From Trueperaceae bacterium (GTDB lineage Bacteria; Deinococcota; Deinococci; Deinococcales; Trueperaceae): a stretch of DNA of 64,000 bases. The notes under the pieces were generated by a model that saw only the letters and a list, made by a program, of their open reading frames with translations, made no database searches and was not told where the DNA came from. Position numbers and translations under genes: made by a program. The DNA is taken from positions 608,001-672,000 of the forward strand of contig JAXHNB010000005.1 in assembly GCA_034520945.1 (NCBI GenBank), written 5' to 3'. Shown here one piece after another: positions 1 through 10,130 of the stretch (the stretch's first letter is position 1; every line of letters begins with the position of its first letter).

Positions 1-410
1 ATCCGCTTCTTCCCGCGCCAGGGGATCCGTGTGTGGGGCGCGCGCACCGTGGCGGATTCCGCCAGCGAGTGGCGCTACCTGAACGTGCGGCGCCTGTTCA
101 ACATGGTCGAGGAGTCCATCGCCAACTCCACCCGCTGGGTGGTGTTCGAACCGAACGACCGCACGTTGTGGAAATCGATCACGCGCGACATCGGCGCGTT
201 CCTGACGATGCTGTGGCGGGACGGCGCCCTCGCGGGCGCGTCGCCGGAGGAGGCGTTCTTCGTGAAGTGCGACGACGAGACCAACCCCCAAGAGGTGATC
301 GACGCCGGGCAGGTCGTCACCGTCATCGGCATCGCGCCGGTCAAGCCGGCCGAGTTCGTGATCTTCCGCATCGGCCAGAGCGCGGGCGAACCGAAATCGC
401 TTCGGCGTGA
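1..410 (+). CDS. Phage tail sheath family protein, C-terminal part (eCIS Afp2/3/4-like); 5'-truncated, probable frameshift ~385
   Basis: GIRVWGART...WRYLNVRRLF..IEESI...WVVFEPND..LW..I...FFVKCDDETNP...IGIAPVKPAEFVIFRIGQ is the typical sheath C-terminal domain. The nearest stop (TGA 408-410) is in an adjacent frame, followed by an RBS and ATG 444. Confidence 0.93.
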   Translation, partial: PLLPAPGDPCVGRAHRGGFRQRVALPERAAPVQHGRGVHRQLHPLGGVRTERPHVVEIDHARHRRVPDDAVAGRRPRGRVAGGGVLREVRRRDQPPRGDRRRAGRHRHRHRAGQAGRVRDLPHRPERGRTEIASA

Positions 411-443
411 GCGCCTGACTGCCTGGGGAAGAGGGAAACCGAC

Positions 444-907
444 ATGCCCAGACGAAGCCACCGCCGAAGCGCGCCAGAGTGGACGGATCGATCCGTACCG
501 CGCGTACAACTTCAAGCTCGAGATCCAGGGCGTGACGCGCGGGCACTTCACCGAGTGCGCCGGCCTGAAGATGCGCGTCCACCCCATCCGCTACCGCGAG
601 GGCGGCCTCGCCCAGGCGACCCGGGCGTTGCCCGGCGCCGTCGACTACGGCGAGGTGACCCTCCGCTACGGCCTGACGCAATCCACCGACCTGTGGGACT
701 GGTTCATGACCGCGGTCCGCGGTCGCGTCGAGCGCCGCAACGTGTCCGTTCTGATGCTGTCGCCCGACGGCGTCGACGAGGTGCTGCGCTGGAACCTGGT
801 GGACGCCTGGCCCTGCCAGTGGGAGGGTGCCCCGTTGGACGCGCATGGGCCGCGAAGCGGCGATCGAAACGCTGAACCTCGTCTTCGAGTCGTTGGACCG
901 GAGCTAG
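444..907 (+). CDS. Phage tail tube protein (T4 gp19-like, eCIS Afp1/5-like); frameshifts near 448 and 845
   Basis: DPYRAYNFKLEI.G...GHFTECAGL.....IRYREGG.....LPG.VDYGEVTLRYGLT.S.DLWDW......G.VERRNVSV......EVLRWNLVDAWPCQWEG..LDA, continuing in the next frame as MGREAAIETLNLVFESLDRS* (TAG 905-907). Confidence 0.92.
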
Positions 908-910
908 GCG

Positions 911-1991
911 GTGCGGGCGCGCCACTCGGTCCTGAGGTGGCTGTACGCGGCCTTGGCGTCGCTGCGGTCGTTGCTGGGCCGCGTCCTGCGACGCTTGGAG
1001 CAGGAACTGATGGAGCCGCCGCCGGTCGTGTTCGAGCCGGGCGAGGACCCGGCGACCCCGCATCGTCCGCAGGGGCCGCCCTCCCGGCCGCCCGAGCATT
1101 GGCTGCGCACGGTCCGCGAGCGCGCGCCCTACCTGCTGCGCGACGACGCGGGGGCACGGGGCTCGACCCGCAGCAGCGCACGTCCGTCCGCGACGAAGCC
1201 GCCGGATGGCCGCCACCACCGACCGCACCGTCCGCACAGCGCCGCACGGACGGTGCCGAACCGCCCGGGGCGACGCCCGGCGACACGACGCGTCCTGCAC
1301 GCCCGTGGGGCGACGACCTGTACCGCCGGCGGCACTTCCGGCCCGTACCGGCACCCGGGACGGCGCAACCGTCGGACCCGTCCCGGCAGGGTGAGGCGCC
1401 GCCGCCCGACAGCGCGGACGGGCCCAGCGACGCGGGCGCACCCGCCGACCATGCCGGCACCCACGTGCAGGACGCGCAGTCCAATCGCCCGTGGCACGTG
1501 GACCACCTGGACGCGCCGGAAGCACCGGTGGACGCGCAACGCATGGCGACCGACGCTACCTCCGCGTCGTCGGAGCCGCACCCGGACGCAGCGGACGCGA
1601 CGCCGCGCGGGACGGGTGCGTACCGGCGCCTCGAGCCGCTACAGGACGCCACCTCCGGTCCGAACGACGAAGAGGCCGCCGCCGAACACGAGGTCCACTC
1701 GGACGCACGGACCGCAATCCCGTGGGACGCGACCGTGTGGGCGATGGACGACGCAGACTCGCTGGCGCGGCCCGACCACGGGTGGCTCGACGCTCCAGCG
1801 GGGGGCCGGCGGGTGCAGCCGGAACCGTATGCGCACGCCATCGTCCACCCCATGGCGGACCCGTGGCCGCCCCTCCCACCGTCCGCGCCCGCAGTCGAAG
1901 CGACCGAACCGGTCGTGCGCCGCACCTGGGACCCGCGCGCCGGCAGCAGCGCGTGGCCCGCGAGCAGGAGGGACGCACATGGAACGGGTGA
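911..1991 (+). CDS. CIS-associated hypothetical Pro/Ala/Asp-rich protein (reconstructed across frameshifts)
   Basis: Helical N-terminus with PPEHWL..VRERAP.LL, a long low-complexity middle, and a C-terminus DPWPPLPP...RRQQRVAREQEGRTWNG* overlapping the next start. Confidence 0.5.
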
Positions 1992-2746
1992 CGTTCCTCG
2001 TCGAGGCGACCGGGCAGCGCCTGGGGTGCCTCTTGAACCCCGCCACCTTGACGCTGACGCGGCGTGCGGGCGTGCGGTCACGCAGCGGCGCGGCAGGCGC
2101 CATCGCCAGCCGCGGCCTCAGCGACGATCCGCTCATCGACGTCGGGGGCGGCGTGACCGAACTCGAATTGGATCTCCTCTTCGACGTCGGCGTGGCCGGA
2201 TCGACCGTCGTCAGCCTCGACGTTCGCGACCTGACCCGGCCGCTGTGGGACCTGGCCGAGACCCACGCCCGCCTGGAAGGCGGCCGGCCGCCGGTGGTGC
2301 AGTTCTTCTGGGGCGAACGCGAGGGGTTTCCCGGCGTGGTGCTGGCGGTGGCGGAACGGTTGGAACGCTTCGACGCCGAGGGCGTGGCGGGCCGGTCCTG
2401 GCTGCGGATGCGCCTCCGCCGCATGGCGCACCCAGGCGGTCCGCGCGACCGCAGCGGCACCGACCCGCTGGACGGCATCCGCACCGCCACCCGCGACGGG
2501 GCGGGCGGCGACGGAACCGTGGTGATGGGACCGCTGGCCGGCGGCGCAGCAGGCGCGGGCAATGAGGGAGAGCGACCCGTCGCGGGCGTCAGCCGACTCG
2601 ACGCCGTCGCCGCGCTGCACTTCGGCGACGCCACCCTGTGGCGATGGATCGCGGAGGCCAACGCCCTCGACGACCCGGCCCGCGTCGACCCCGACACGCG
2701 CCTGCGCCTTCCCTCCCTGCGGCCGGGGGGCGAGGAGCGACCGTGA
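1979..2746 (+). CDS. CIS tube-initiator / Afp7-like protein with C-terminal LysM-like motif
   Basis: ATG 1979 after AGGAGG. MERVTF...CLLNP.TL...GGG.TELELDLLFD...PPVVQFFWG....GVV..VAERLERFDAEG...RSWLRMRL and C-terminal RLDAVAA.HFGD..LWR.IAEAN.LDDP......LRLP. Confidence 0.8.
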   Translation: MERVTFLVEATGQRLGCLLNPATLTLTRRAGVRSRSGAAGAIASRGLSDDPLIDVGGGVTELELDLLFDVGVAGSTVVSLDVRDLTRPLWDLAETHARLEGGRPPVVQFFWGEREGFPGVVLAVAERLERFDAEGVAGRSWLRMRLRRMAHPGGPRDRSGTDPLDGIRTATRDGAGGDGTVVMGPLAGGAAGAGNEGERPVAGVSRLDAVAALHFGDATLWRWIAEANALDDPARVDPDTRLRLPSLRPGGEERP

Positions 2747-4227
2747 GCGTCCCCGCAGCGCTTCCCCGCGCCGAGATACGGCTGGCCGGCCGGCCGCTGG
2801 AGGACGAGGCGGCGGCAACGGTGAGCGGCCTGCGGATCCGGCAGGTGCTGAATGTGCCCACCCTGTGCGAAATCACCCTTACCGACCCGCCCGCCCACCT
2901 CATGGACGACCCGCGGCTGCAGCCCGATCAGGGCGTGCGGGTGGGCTTCGCGCAGGACGGCGCACCGGCGTTCGACGGCCGGCTGGTCGCCGTCGAGCAC
3001 GCCTTCCACGGCGCGGCCGGCCGGCGGATGCACCTCCGGGCGTACGACCGGCTCCACCAGCTCCGCCGCAGCCGCCACCTGCGGGTCCTTGCCGAGCCGA
3101 CCCTGCACGCGTTGGCACAGGCCCTGGCCGGACCCGCCGGCCTGCGGGTCGAAGGCGGCGAGGACGCGGAGCTGCCGAGCCAGTCGATTCAGCACCGGCA
3201 GTCCGACCTGCAGTTCCTCGTCGATCACGCGGGACGCTGCGGCTACTACCTGGCGTGCGAGGGCGACACGCTGCGCCTGATCCGCCTGGACGCCGCCGCG
3301 CCGCCGCTCGAGCTGGACCGGGACGCGGGCCGCTGGGAGGCGCGCTTCGAGCGGACCGTCGACGGCGACGCCGCCGCGACGGAAACCGCCGGGTGGGACG
3401 CCGGTACGCTGGAACGCCGTGCAGGACGGTGGACGCCGAACGCCATCGGCCGACGGGGCGCCGACGCTGTGGCGGACCAACCGGGTGCTGCGCAGCGGCC
3501 GTGAACAGACCCAGGACGCCCGCGCCGAGATGGAACGGCGCGACGCCGGCCGGCTGGTGATCTGGGCCACCGGCCCGGGCGACGCCCGAATCCGGCCCGG
3601 CCAGGCGGTGCGGCTGCACGGCTTCGGCGCGGCGCTGCACGAGGCGCAGGCCGTCACGGACGCCGAGCACACCCTGGACGAGCGGGCGGGCTACCTCACC
3701 GAGTTCAGCACCGACCCGCCGCGCCTCCAGGTTCCGCCCGAACCGATGGAGGTCACCGTCGCGCGCGTCGTCGACAGCGACGACCCTGTCGGCACCGGCC
3801 GCGTCCGCGTGGCGTTGGAGGCGTTCGGCGACGTCACCACCGGCTGGTTGCCGGTGATGATCGCCGGCGCCGGGGCGGACAAGGGGTTGACGATCTATCC
3901 CGAGGCGGACGACGTGGTGCTGGTGCTGCTGTGCGGGACCGATCCCTCCGCCGGCATCGTGCTGGGCGGCCTGTACGGGACCCGCCCCAGCGCCGACGCC
4001 GACATCGCCGGTCGCCGCCCGCGGCCGTACGCGCTGCGCACCCCGGCGGCCAGCGGCTGCGCCTGGACGACCACGGCCAGCTGGTGCGCCTGGAGAACGC
4101 CGACGGCAGCTACCTGGAGATGAGCGCAGACGAGGTGGTGCTGCACGCCGCCCGTGACCTCCGCATCGAAGCGCCGGGCCGCACCCTCACCCTCGGGGCC
4201 GACGCGATCGACATGAGGAGTCGCTAG
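2743..4227 (+). CDS. VgrG-like spike/hub protein (late-control D plus gp5 OB-fold; Afp8-like); frameshifts ~3470 and ~4045
   Basis: GpD-like features (FDGRLVAVEH, AYDRLHQLRR, Q..QSDLQFL, GDARIRPGQ.V) followed by the OB-fold signature ARVVD.DDP...GRVRV......TGWL.V...GAG..KG...YPE..D.VLV......GIVLGGLY; ends TAG 4225-4227. Confidence 0.85.
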
Positions 4228-4567
4228 GTGAAGCTGTTGAGCGAGGACGCCCGCCTGGCGTGCCGCCACCGCGGCGTGATCATTGTGCCGCCTTCCCAGG
4301 GGCTGGTCACCGTGAACGGACGCCGCGTGCTGGTCGAGGACGACCCGGTCGGCCAGCGCATCGCGGGGTGCCCCAACGCCGGACCGACGATCAAGCCGTG
4401 CACCACCACCCTGAAGGTGCAGGACGGCTACGCCGCACTGCTGCGCATCGACGGGCGTCGCGCCTGCCTGGACGCCGTCACCGGCCTCACGGACGGCACG
4501 CCGCCCGGTACCGTCGCCTACCTGGTCGATACACCTGGCCAGGGCTGGGTCGAGGTGCAGGCGATGA
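4228..4567 (+). CDS. PAAR-like/DUF4280-like spike tip protein (reads in-frame into the next gene in this assembly)
   Basis: About 112 aa with CRH, GCP and KPC metal-ligand-like motifs plus V.VNGR.VLV and IDGRRACL; lies directly after the spike gene. Confidence 0.6.
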
Positions 4568-5040
4568 CCGCGCCGCCCGATCGGGCCTGGCGCTTCGTCC
4601 ACCCAGCGGTGGACGTGCCCGCCAGCATCGCGGAACGGACGCCCGGCCTGCACGTCGATGCGACCGGCGGCATCGACGTGGTCGAGGGGGACGCCTGCGT
4701 GCGCCAGTCGATCCTCCTGCTCCTGTCCACCGCCCGCGGCGAGCGGGTCATGCGGCCTGACTACGGCTGCGACCTGAACCGGTTGGCCTTCGCCCCCAAC
4801 GACGCCACCACCGCCGGCCTGGCCATCCACTACGTTCGCAGCGCCGTGGCGCGGTGGGAGCCGCGCGCGCGGGTGCTGCGCGTCGATGCCGGCCGCCGCC
4901 TCTTTCACGGTCCCGGCCTCGGCGCGGTGGACGATCCCGAAGCCCGCCTGGACGTGGTGCTGGACTACCAGGTGCGGGACAGCGGCCACGCCGACCGCCT
5001 GGCGCTGAGCCTGGACTTGGCGGAAGGATCGATCGCGTGA
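4564..5040 (+). CDS. gp25/GPW family baseplate wedge protein (Afp9-like)
   Basis: VRQSILLLLST.RGERVMRPDYGCDL..LAFAPND.TTAGLAIHYVR.AV.RWEPR is the gp25 family signature. Confidence 0.9.
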   Translation: MTAPPDRAWRFVHPAVDVPASIAERTPGLHVDATGGIDVVEGDACVRQSILLLLSTARGERVMRPDYGCDLNRLAFAPNDATTAGLAIHYVRSAVARWEPRARVLRVDAGRRLFHGPGLGAVDDPEARLDVVLDYQVRDSGHADRLALSLDLAEGSIA

Positions 5041-7611
5041 GCCTGCGCCCCCCGGACCTCGACGACCGCGACTTCCAGGCGCTGATGCGCGAGGCGCTGG
5101 CCCGCATCCAGGACGCGAGCCCGCGCTGGACCGACCACTCGCCCAGCGATCCCGGCATCGTGCTGTTGGACGCCTTCGCCTACCTGACCGAGATGATGAT
5201 CTACCGCCTGAACCGGGTGCCGGAGAAGGCGTACGTCGAGTTCCTCCGCCTGATGGGCGTGACGCTGCGCCCGCCGGCGGCGGCCAAGGTCCGGTTGCGG
5301 CTGACGGGGGACGCCGAGGGGACGGACGCGCGGACGGTGCCGCGCGGCACCCGCGTCACGATCGGCCAGGGACTGGACCAACGGGACGCACCGGTGTTCG
5401 TCACCACCGAGGACGCTACCGTGGCGCCCGGTGCGACGGCGCAGGTCACGGCCCTGCACGCCGAGACGGTCGCGGCGGAACGGGTGGGGACCGGTACCGG
5501 CCGGCCGGGCCTGAGCCTCACGCTGTCGCGCCCGCCCATCGTGGCGCCCAGCGGCGACGGGGCCGACCTGGTGATCGGCGTCGAGGCTGGCGAGGAGGAG
5601 GCAGGCGGCGACGCGGGGCGCGCGCCCGCCATTCGGCACGACGACCGCACCTACCGAGTCTGGCGGGAGGTCGTCAGCTTCGCGGAAGCCCACGAGGACC
5701 GCTTCGTCTACCTGGCCGACCGCGCGTCGGGCCGCATTACCTTCGCCCCCGCCGTGCACGAGAGCGAGGCGGGCCGCACCGTCGCAGGCGAAGCGACCGC
5801 CTTGGCGGAGGTCGTGCCGGCCGGCCGCGAGGTGCGGGCCTGGTACCGCCGCGGCGGGGGCCGCGACGGCAACGTGCGCGCCGGCGCGCTGATGGCCTTC
5901 GTGGACGACGTGCCCGGGGTGGCGGTCACCAACCCCGAAGCGGCCACCGGCGGGCGCGACGCGAGATCGTTGCCCAACGCGCTGCAGCGCGGTCCCCAAG
6001 CGCTTCACGCGCTGGAGCAGGCCGTCACTGCGGGACTTCGAACGAATCGCCCAGCGCGCCGGCGCGGTGCGACGCGCCAAGGCGTTCGCGGAGGCCGCCC
6101 TGTGGCGACACGGCGTGCCCGGCACCGTCCACCTGGTGCTGGTGCCCGACCTCGACCCGGGGCGCACCGCCCAAAGCGGCGCGACGCTGGACGCCCTGAC
6201 GGCCGCCCAGACCGGGCAGGCCCTCAGTGACGTGCAGAACGACGTCGACGCCCGCAGGCCGCTCGGCACGCGCTGCCGGGTGGCGTGGGCCCGCTACAAG
6301 CCGCTCCGGATCGGCGCGCGGGTGGTGGTGTTCGCGGAGGAGGACGCCGCTGCGGTCGGCACGCGCCTGGCGGGGCGCTTGAACGAACTGCTGGACCCGC
6401 TGCGCGCCCGGGACTTCGGCGAGCCCATGCGGGCGTCCGACGTCTACGACGTGCTGCTGCGCGAGCCGGGCGTTCGCTACGCCGACCACGTGCACCTCGA
6501 GGTGGACAGCGCCCCCGACGCCGAGGTGCACGCCGTCGCGACCGACCGTTTCCAGCCCGGCACCTGGTACGCCGGCGCCGGCGGCGCGACCTACCGGACG
6601 CTGGACGACGCCGACGGTTGGGAGCGCGTGCGGGTGGACGAGGCGTTCACGGTGGCCGGCGTCTTCCCGCACCCGTCGCGGCCGGGCATGGTGGCGGTGC
6701 TGCTGCAGGACGAACCGCAGGGCCGCTGGCGGCTGGCGGTGAGCGATGACTGCGGCGAGTCGTGGCGCAGCAACGAGGCCGAACTCAGCTTCCGCGTCTA
6801 CGACGTCGCCTGGCTGGACCGGACCGGCGACGCGGTGCTCCTTCTCGCGACGCGCCAGGGACTGTTCCAGCTTCCGCTGTCCGACACGTCGTTGACGCCG
6901 GTTCAGGTGCCCGTCGATCCGGACAAGACCGACCGCGGCTTCTACGCTGTCGCCGTGTCGGCCGGCGTGCGTGGCCGCACGTTCGTGGCGGTCGCTGCGG
7001 ACCAGTTGGGCGGGGTATTCCTGTCCGATCAGGGCGGCGGGGACGGCACCTTCCGGGCGTTCGGCCTGGACGGGACGGACGTGCGCGTCCTGCAGATGCA
7101 CGCCGACGGGCCCCGCCTGTACCTGTGGGCCGGCGCCGCCGCGGTCGGGGGCGAGCCGGGCGACGGCTGCTTCCGCGGCGCGAGCTGCGCCTCGGTGAGG
7201 ACGCCCCTTCCCAGTGGCGGCAGTACCGCCAGGGCTGGCGCGGCGGCAGTTGCTACCAACTGGCCGTCGCCGGCGGGGCGCTGTACGCCGCCACGCACGC
7301 AGGGGGCGCGCTGCGGCTGGACGCCGGCAGCCGGGAGGCCGCCTGGGAGGGGCCGCCCCTGGACTGCGGGCTGCCGCTCCGCGACGCCGAACGGTTGCTG
7401 CACCCGGTCCGCGCCGTCGCCGCGCGGGGCGGCGACGCCCCCCGCCTGCTGGCGGGCGGGCACGCCGGCGTCCACCGCAGCACGGATCAGGGCCGGACCT
7501 GGCAGCCCGTGTCGCGACGAACCTACGCGGACAAGGTGACGGTGCCGCCGGCGTGGCTGTTCTGCCCCGGCGCCGCACAAGGTCGAGGTGGTGCGCGACG
7601 ATGAAGTCTGA
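5037..7611 (+). CDS. Baseplate J-like assembly protein (Afp11-like) with inserted Asp-box beta-propeller; frameshifts ~6030, ~7180, ~7570
   Basis: PDLDDRDFQ.L..EA..RI....P.WTDHSPSDPGIVLLDAFAYLTE.MIYRLNRVPEKAY..FL.L.G; YRRGGG..GNV; VTNPEAATGGRD; AVTA.DFE. Asp-box-like motifs SDDCGESW and STDQGRTW. Ends PHKVEVVRDDEV* (TGA 7609-7611). Confidence 0.88.
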
Positions 7612-8179
7612 GCGCATCCTCGCGTTGCTGCCGCAGGCGTTCCAGTCCTCCGCCTGGAGGGGTCCCCGCTGCTGGGCCTCCTGGCGGCCATGGAGGGGAT
7701 GCACGCACCAAGCGAAGCCGTTCTGGACGACCTGGACGGCTACTTCGACCCGCGGCGCGCCCGCCTGCGCTCGGCGGCCTACCTGGCGTCCTGGCTTGAT
7801 CTCGACCGCATCGTGCGCGCCGCGGGGCCGCACGGCCGGAGCGCCGCCGTGGCACTGCCGACCGGACGCCTGCGCGAACTGACCGCCGCTGCCGCCGACC
7901 TGTCGCGTTGGCGGGGTACCGCCTACGGCCTGGCGCGCTTCCTGGAGGTCGCGACCGGCGTGCCCGGCTTCGAGGTGGACGACCACGTGCGCGACGCTTA
8001 CGGCGACGTTCGACCGTTCGACGTCGAGGTGCGTGTGCCGGCCGGCGCCGCCGGCCAGCGGGCCGCTGATCGAGACCATCGTCGCCTCGGAGAAGCCCGC
8101 CTACGCGACGAGCACCCTGCGCCTTTTGGAGGGCGAAGGCAGAGGCGACCCCGCGGGTGACGGGGAGCGACCGCCATGA
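7601..8179 (+). CDS. Phage tail protein I-like baseplate protein; frameshifted
   Basis: LLP..FQ...LDDLDGYFDP......YLASWL...RLREL...A..L.RWRGT..GL..FLEVATG...PFDVEV...IETIVASEKPAY; stop TGA 8177-8179 overlaps ATG 8176. Confidence 0.8.
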
Positions 8180-10100
8180 GGACCCCGCTGAGCGTCACGG
8201 TCACGCCGGCCTCGCTCACGCTTTCGCGTGTCGGGCCGCGGATCGAGGCGGACGAGACCACCTTCACCGTCACCAACACGGGCGCGCGACGCGTGACCGC
8301 CCGGGCGGCGCTGGAGCCGCTGGGCGGGGCCGAGCCGGGCTGGCTGTCGCTGCGGGGCGAGGCGCAGCACGACTTCGCACCCAACGCGACGCACGCGTTC
8401 ACGGTGCGGGTGGCGCCACCCCCGGACGCCCCGGCGGGCCGGCACGCCTTCCGCCTGAACGTCGTCGACGTGCACCATTCGGACGAGGGCGAGGTGGAGG
8501 GCCCGGAGGTGGCGTTCGAGGTTCCCCCCGCCCCGACGGAGGACGGGCCGACGATGCCGCCGATGGCTGTGGATGGCGATCGCGGCGGTCGTGCTGCTCG
8601 GCGGTGCGGCGGCGCTCGCCGTCGCGTTCTGGCCGTTCGGGTCGGTCAACGAGGCGCCGAGCCTGGCCGACGTCGAGAACGTCGCGCACCCTGCAGGGCG
8701 AAGCGGCCGAGGTGTCCCTCGCCATCCGCGACGAAGATCCGGGCACCGTCGCCGTCGCGGTCCGCTCCAGCGACGACACCCTCGTGGCGGCGGACGACCT
8801 CGAGGTGGCCGGCGAGGGCGCGGACCGCCTGCTGCGCGTCACCCCCGGCGCGGTTCGGGGTGGGGCGCGCCGTCCTCACCGCGATCGGTGGCGCGGACGC
8901 CGAGGGCCTGGAGGGCAGCACCTCGTTCGAGGTCGAGGTGCGCCGGCCGTTCGACGTCCAACTGCCGGCGCTGAGCGCCAGCGACGGCAGCGAGGGGTCG
9001 TTCTACGGGACGTCGGTCGCGCTGGACGGCGATCACGCCGTCGTCGGTGCCTCGTTCGACGGCGGCGTCGCGGAGGCGGCGGGAGCCGCCTACCTGTACC
9101 GGCTGGACGACGGCGTCTGGACCGAGTGGAGAAGCTCACCGCGAGCGATGCAGACGAGCTGGACCACTTCGGCATGAGCGTTGCGCTGGACGGCGATCAC
9201 GCCATGATCGCAGCCCGCTTCGACGCAGCGGTGCCGCCGACGACGCGCGGTGCCGACTCGACGCCTTCCAGCGGCAGGGCGACACCTGGCGCGAGGTCGC
9301 CAAGCTCACCGCCCGCGACGCCGAGGAGGACACGCTGTTCGGCTACCGACGTGGCCCTGGACGGGGATCGGGTCCTGATCGGCGCCCTCGACGCACGCAG
9401 GCCGGCGATGACGCCGGCTCGGCCTACCTCTTCGAGCGCGATGGCGACGGTGGCGGCAGGCGCAGAAGCTCACCGCCAGCGATGCCGCAGCCGGCGACCG
9501 CTTCGGGTCGGACGTGGCGCTGGACGGCGACATTGCGCTCATCGGCGCCCTCAGCCACGACGGGGCTGCCGAAGATGCGGGTGCGGCGTACGCGTTCCAG
9601 CGCCAGGGCGACGCCTTTCGCGAGGTCGCCAAGCTCACCGCCGACGAGGCGCGCGAGACGCGTCGTTCGGTGGGCCGGTCGCGCTGGACGGCGACACGGC
9701 GCTCATCGCCGCCTCGGGCGAAGAGCGCGAGGGCGAGGGGACGGGCGCCGCGTACGTCTTCGAGAGGAACGGCGACGCATGGCGCGAAGTCGCGAAGCTC
9801 ACCGCGCGCGACGCCCGCGCCGGGCATTTCTTCGGCAACTCCGTGGCGCTCGACGGCGACTACGCCCTCGGTGAACGGCGGCGCGTTCCTCGCGGAGGAT
9901 CCGGGCTCCTCGGTGTACGTCTACCGGCGCGACGACGACACCTGGCGGGCGCTCCGCCAACTCACGGCGCGCGAGGTCGGCGCCGGCGGCATTTCGGGAT
10001 AGCCATCGCGCTCGACGGTCCACGGCTCCTGCTGAGCGCGCCGTCCGACGACATGGGTGGAGACGAGGCGGTGGGAGCGGTGTATGCGTTCCAGGACTAG
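8176..10100 (+). CDS. Single-pass membrane protein, paralogue 1: shared Ig-like N-module + TM + Ig-like domain + seven FG-GAP repeats; many frameshifts
   Basis: N-module (FTVTN.G...WL.L.GE...DF..N.THAFTVRVAPP..AP.GRH.FRLNVVDVH..DEGEVEGPEV.FEV), TM AIAAVVLLGGAAALAVAFWPFG, then repeats KLTA.DA...FG..VALDGD.A.IGA; ends VGAVYAFQD* 10100. Confidence 0.75.
8965..10097 (+). repeat. Seven FG-GAP (integrin-alpha-type) repeats, ~165 bp period
   Basis: Repeat units begin near 8970, 9130, 9300, 9465, 9630, 9795 and 9960; most contain AAGCTCACCGC and GCGCTGGACGGCGA-like words. Confidence 0.85.
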
Positions 10101-10130
10101 ACATTCATGCCCCTTCACGGAGGTGGCCTG

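Noticed and set aside
31..2565. 844 aa ORF suggesting a sheath-tube-disordered fusion protein
   Set aside because: Separate RBS/ATG at 444 and stops in neighbouring frames (410, 907, 1991) show three or four genes joined by indels.
1..8179. Prophage or T6SS
   Set aside because: No head, packaging, replication or integrase genes, and no TssJLM/TssK/ClpV in the window; gene order fits an eCIS-type locus.
8965..10097. Regularly spaced DNA repeats as a CRISPR or DGR array
   Set aside because: They are coding FG-GAP repeats with a ~165 bp period and amino-acid-level conservation; no cas or reverse transcriptase gene.
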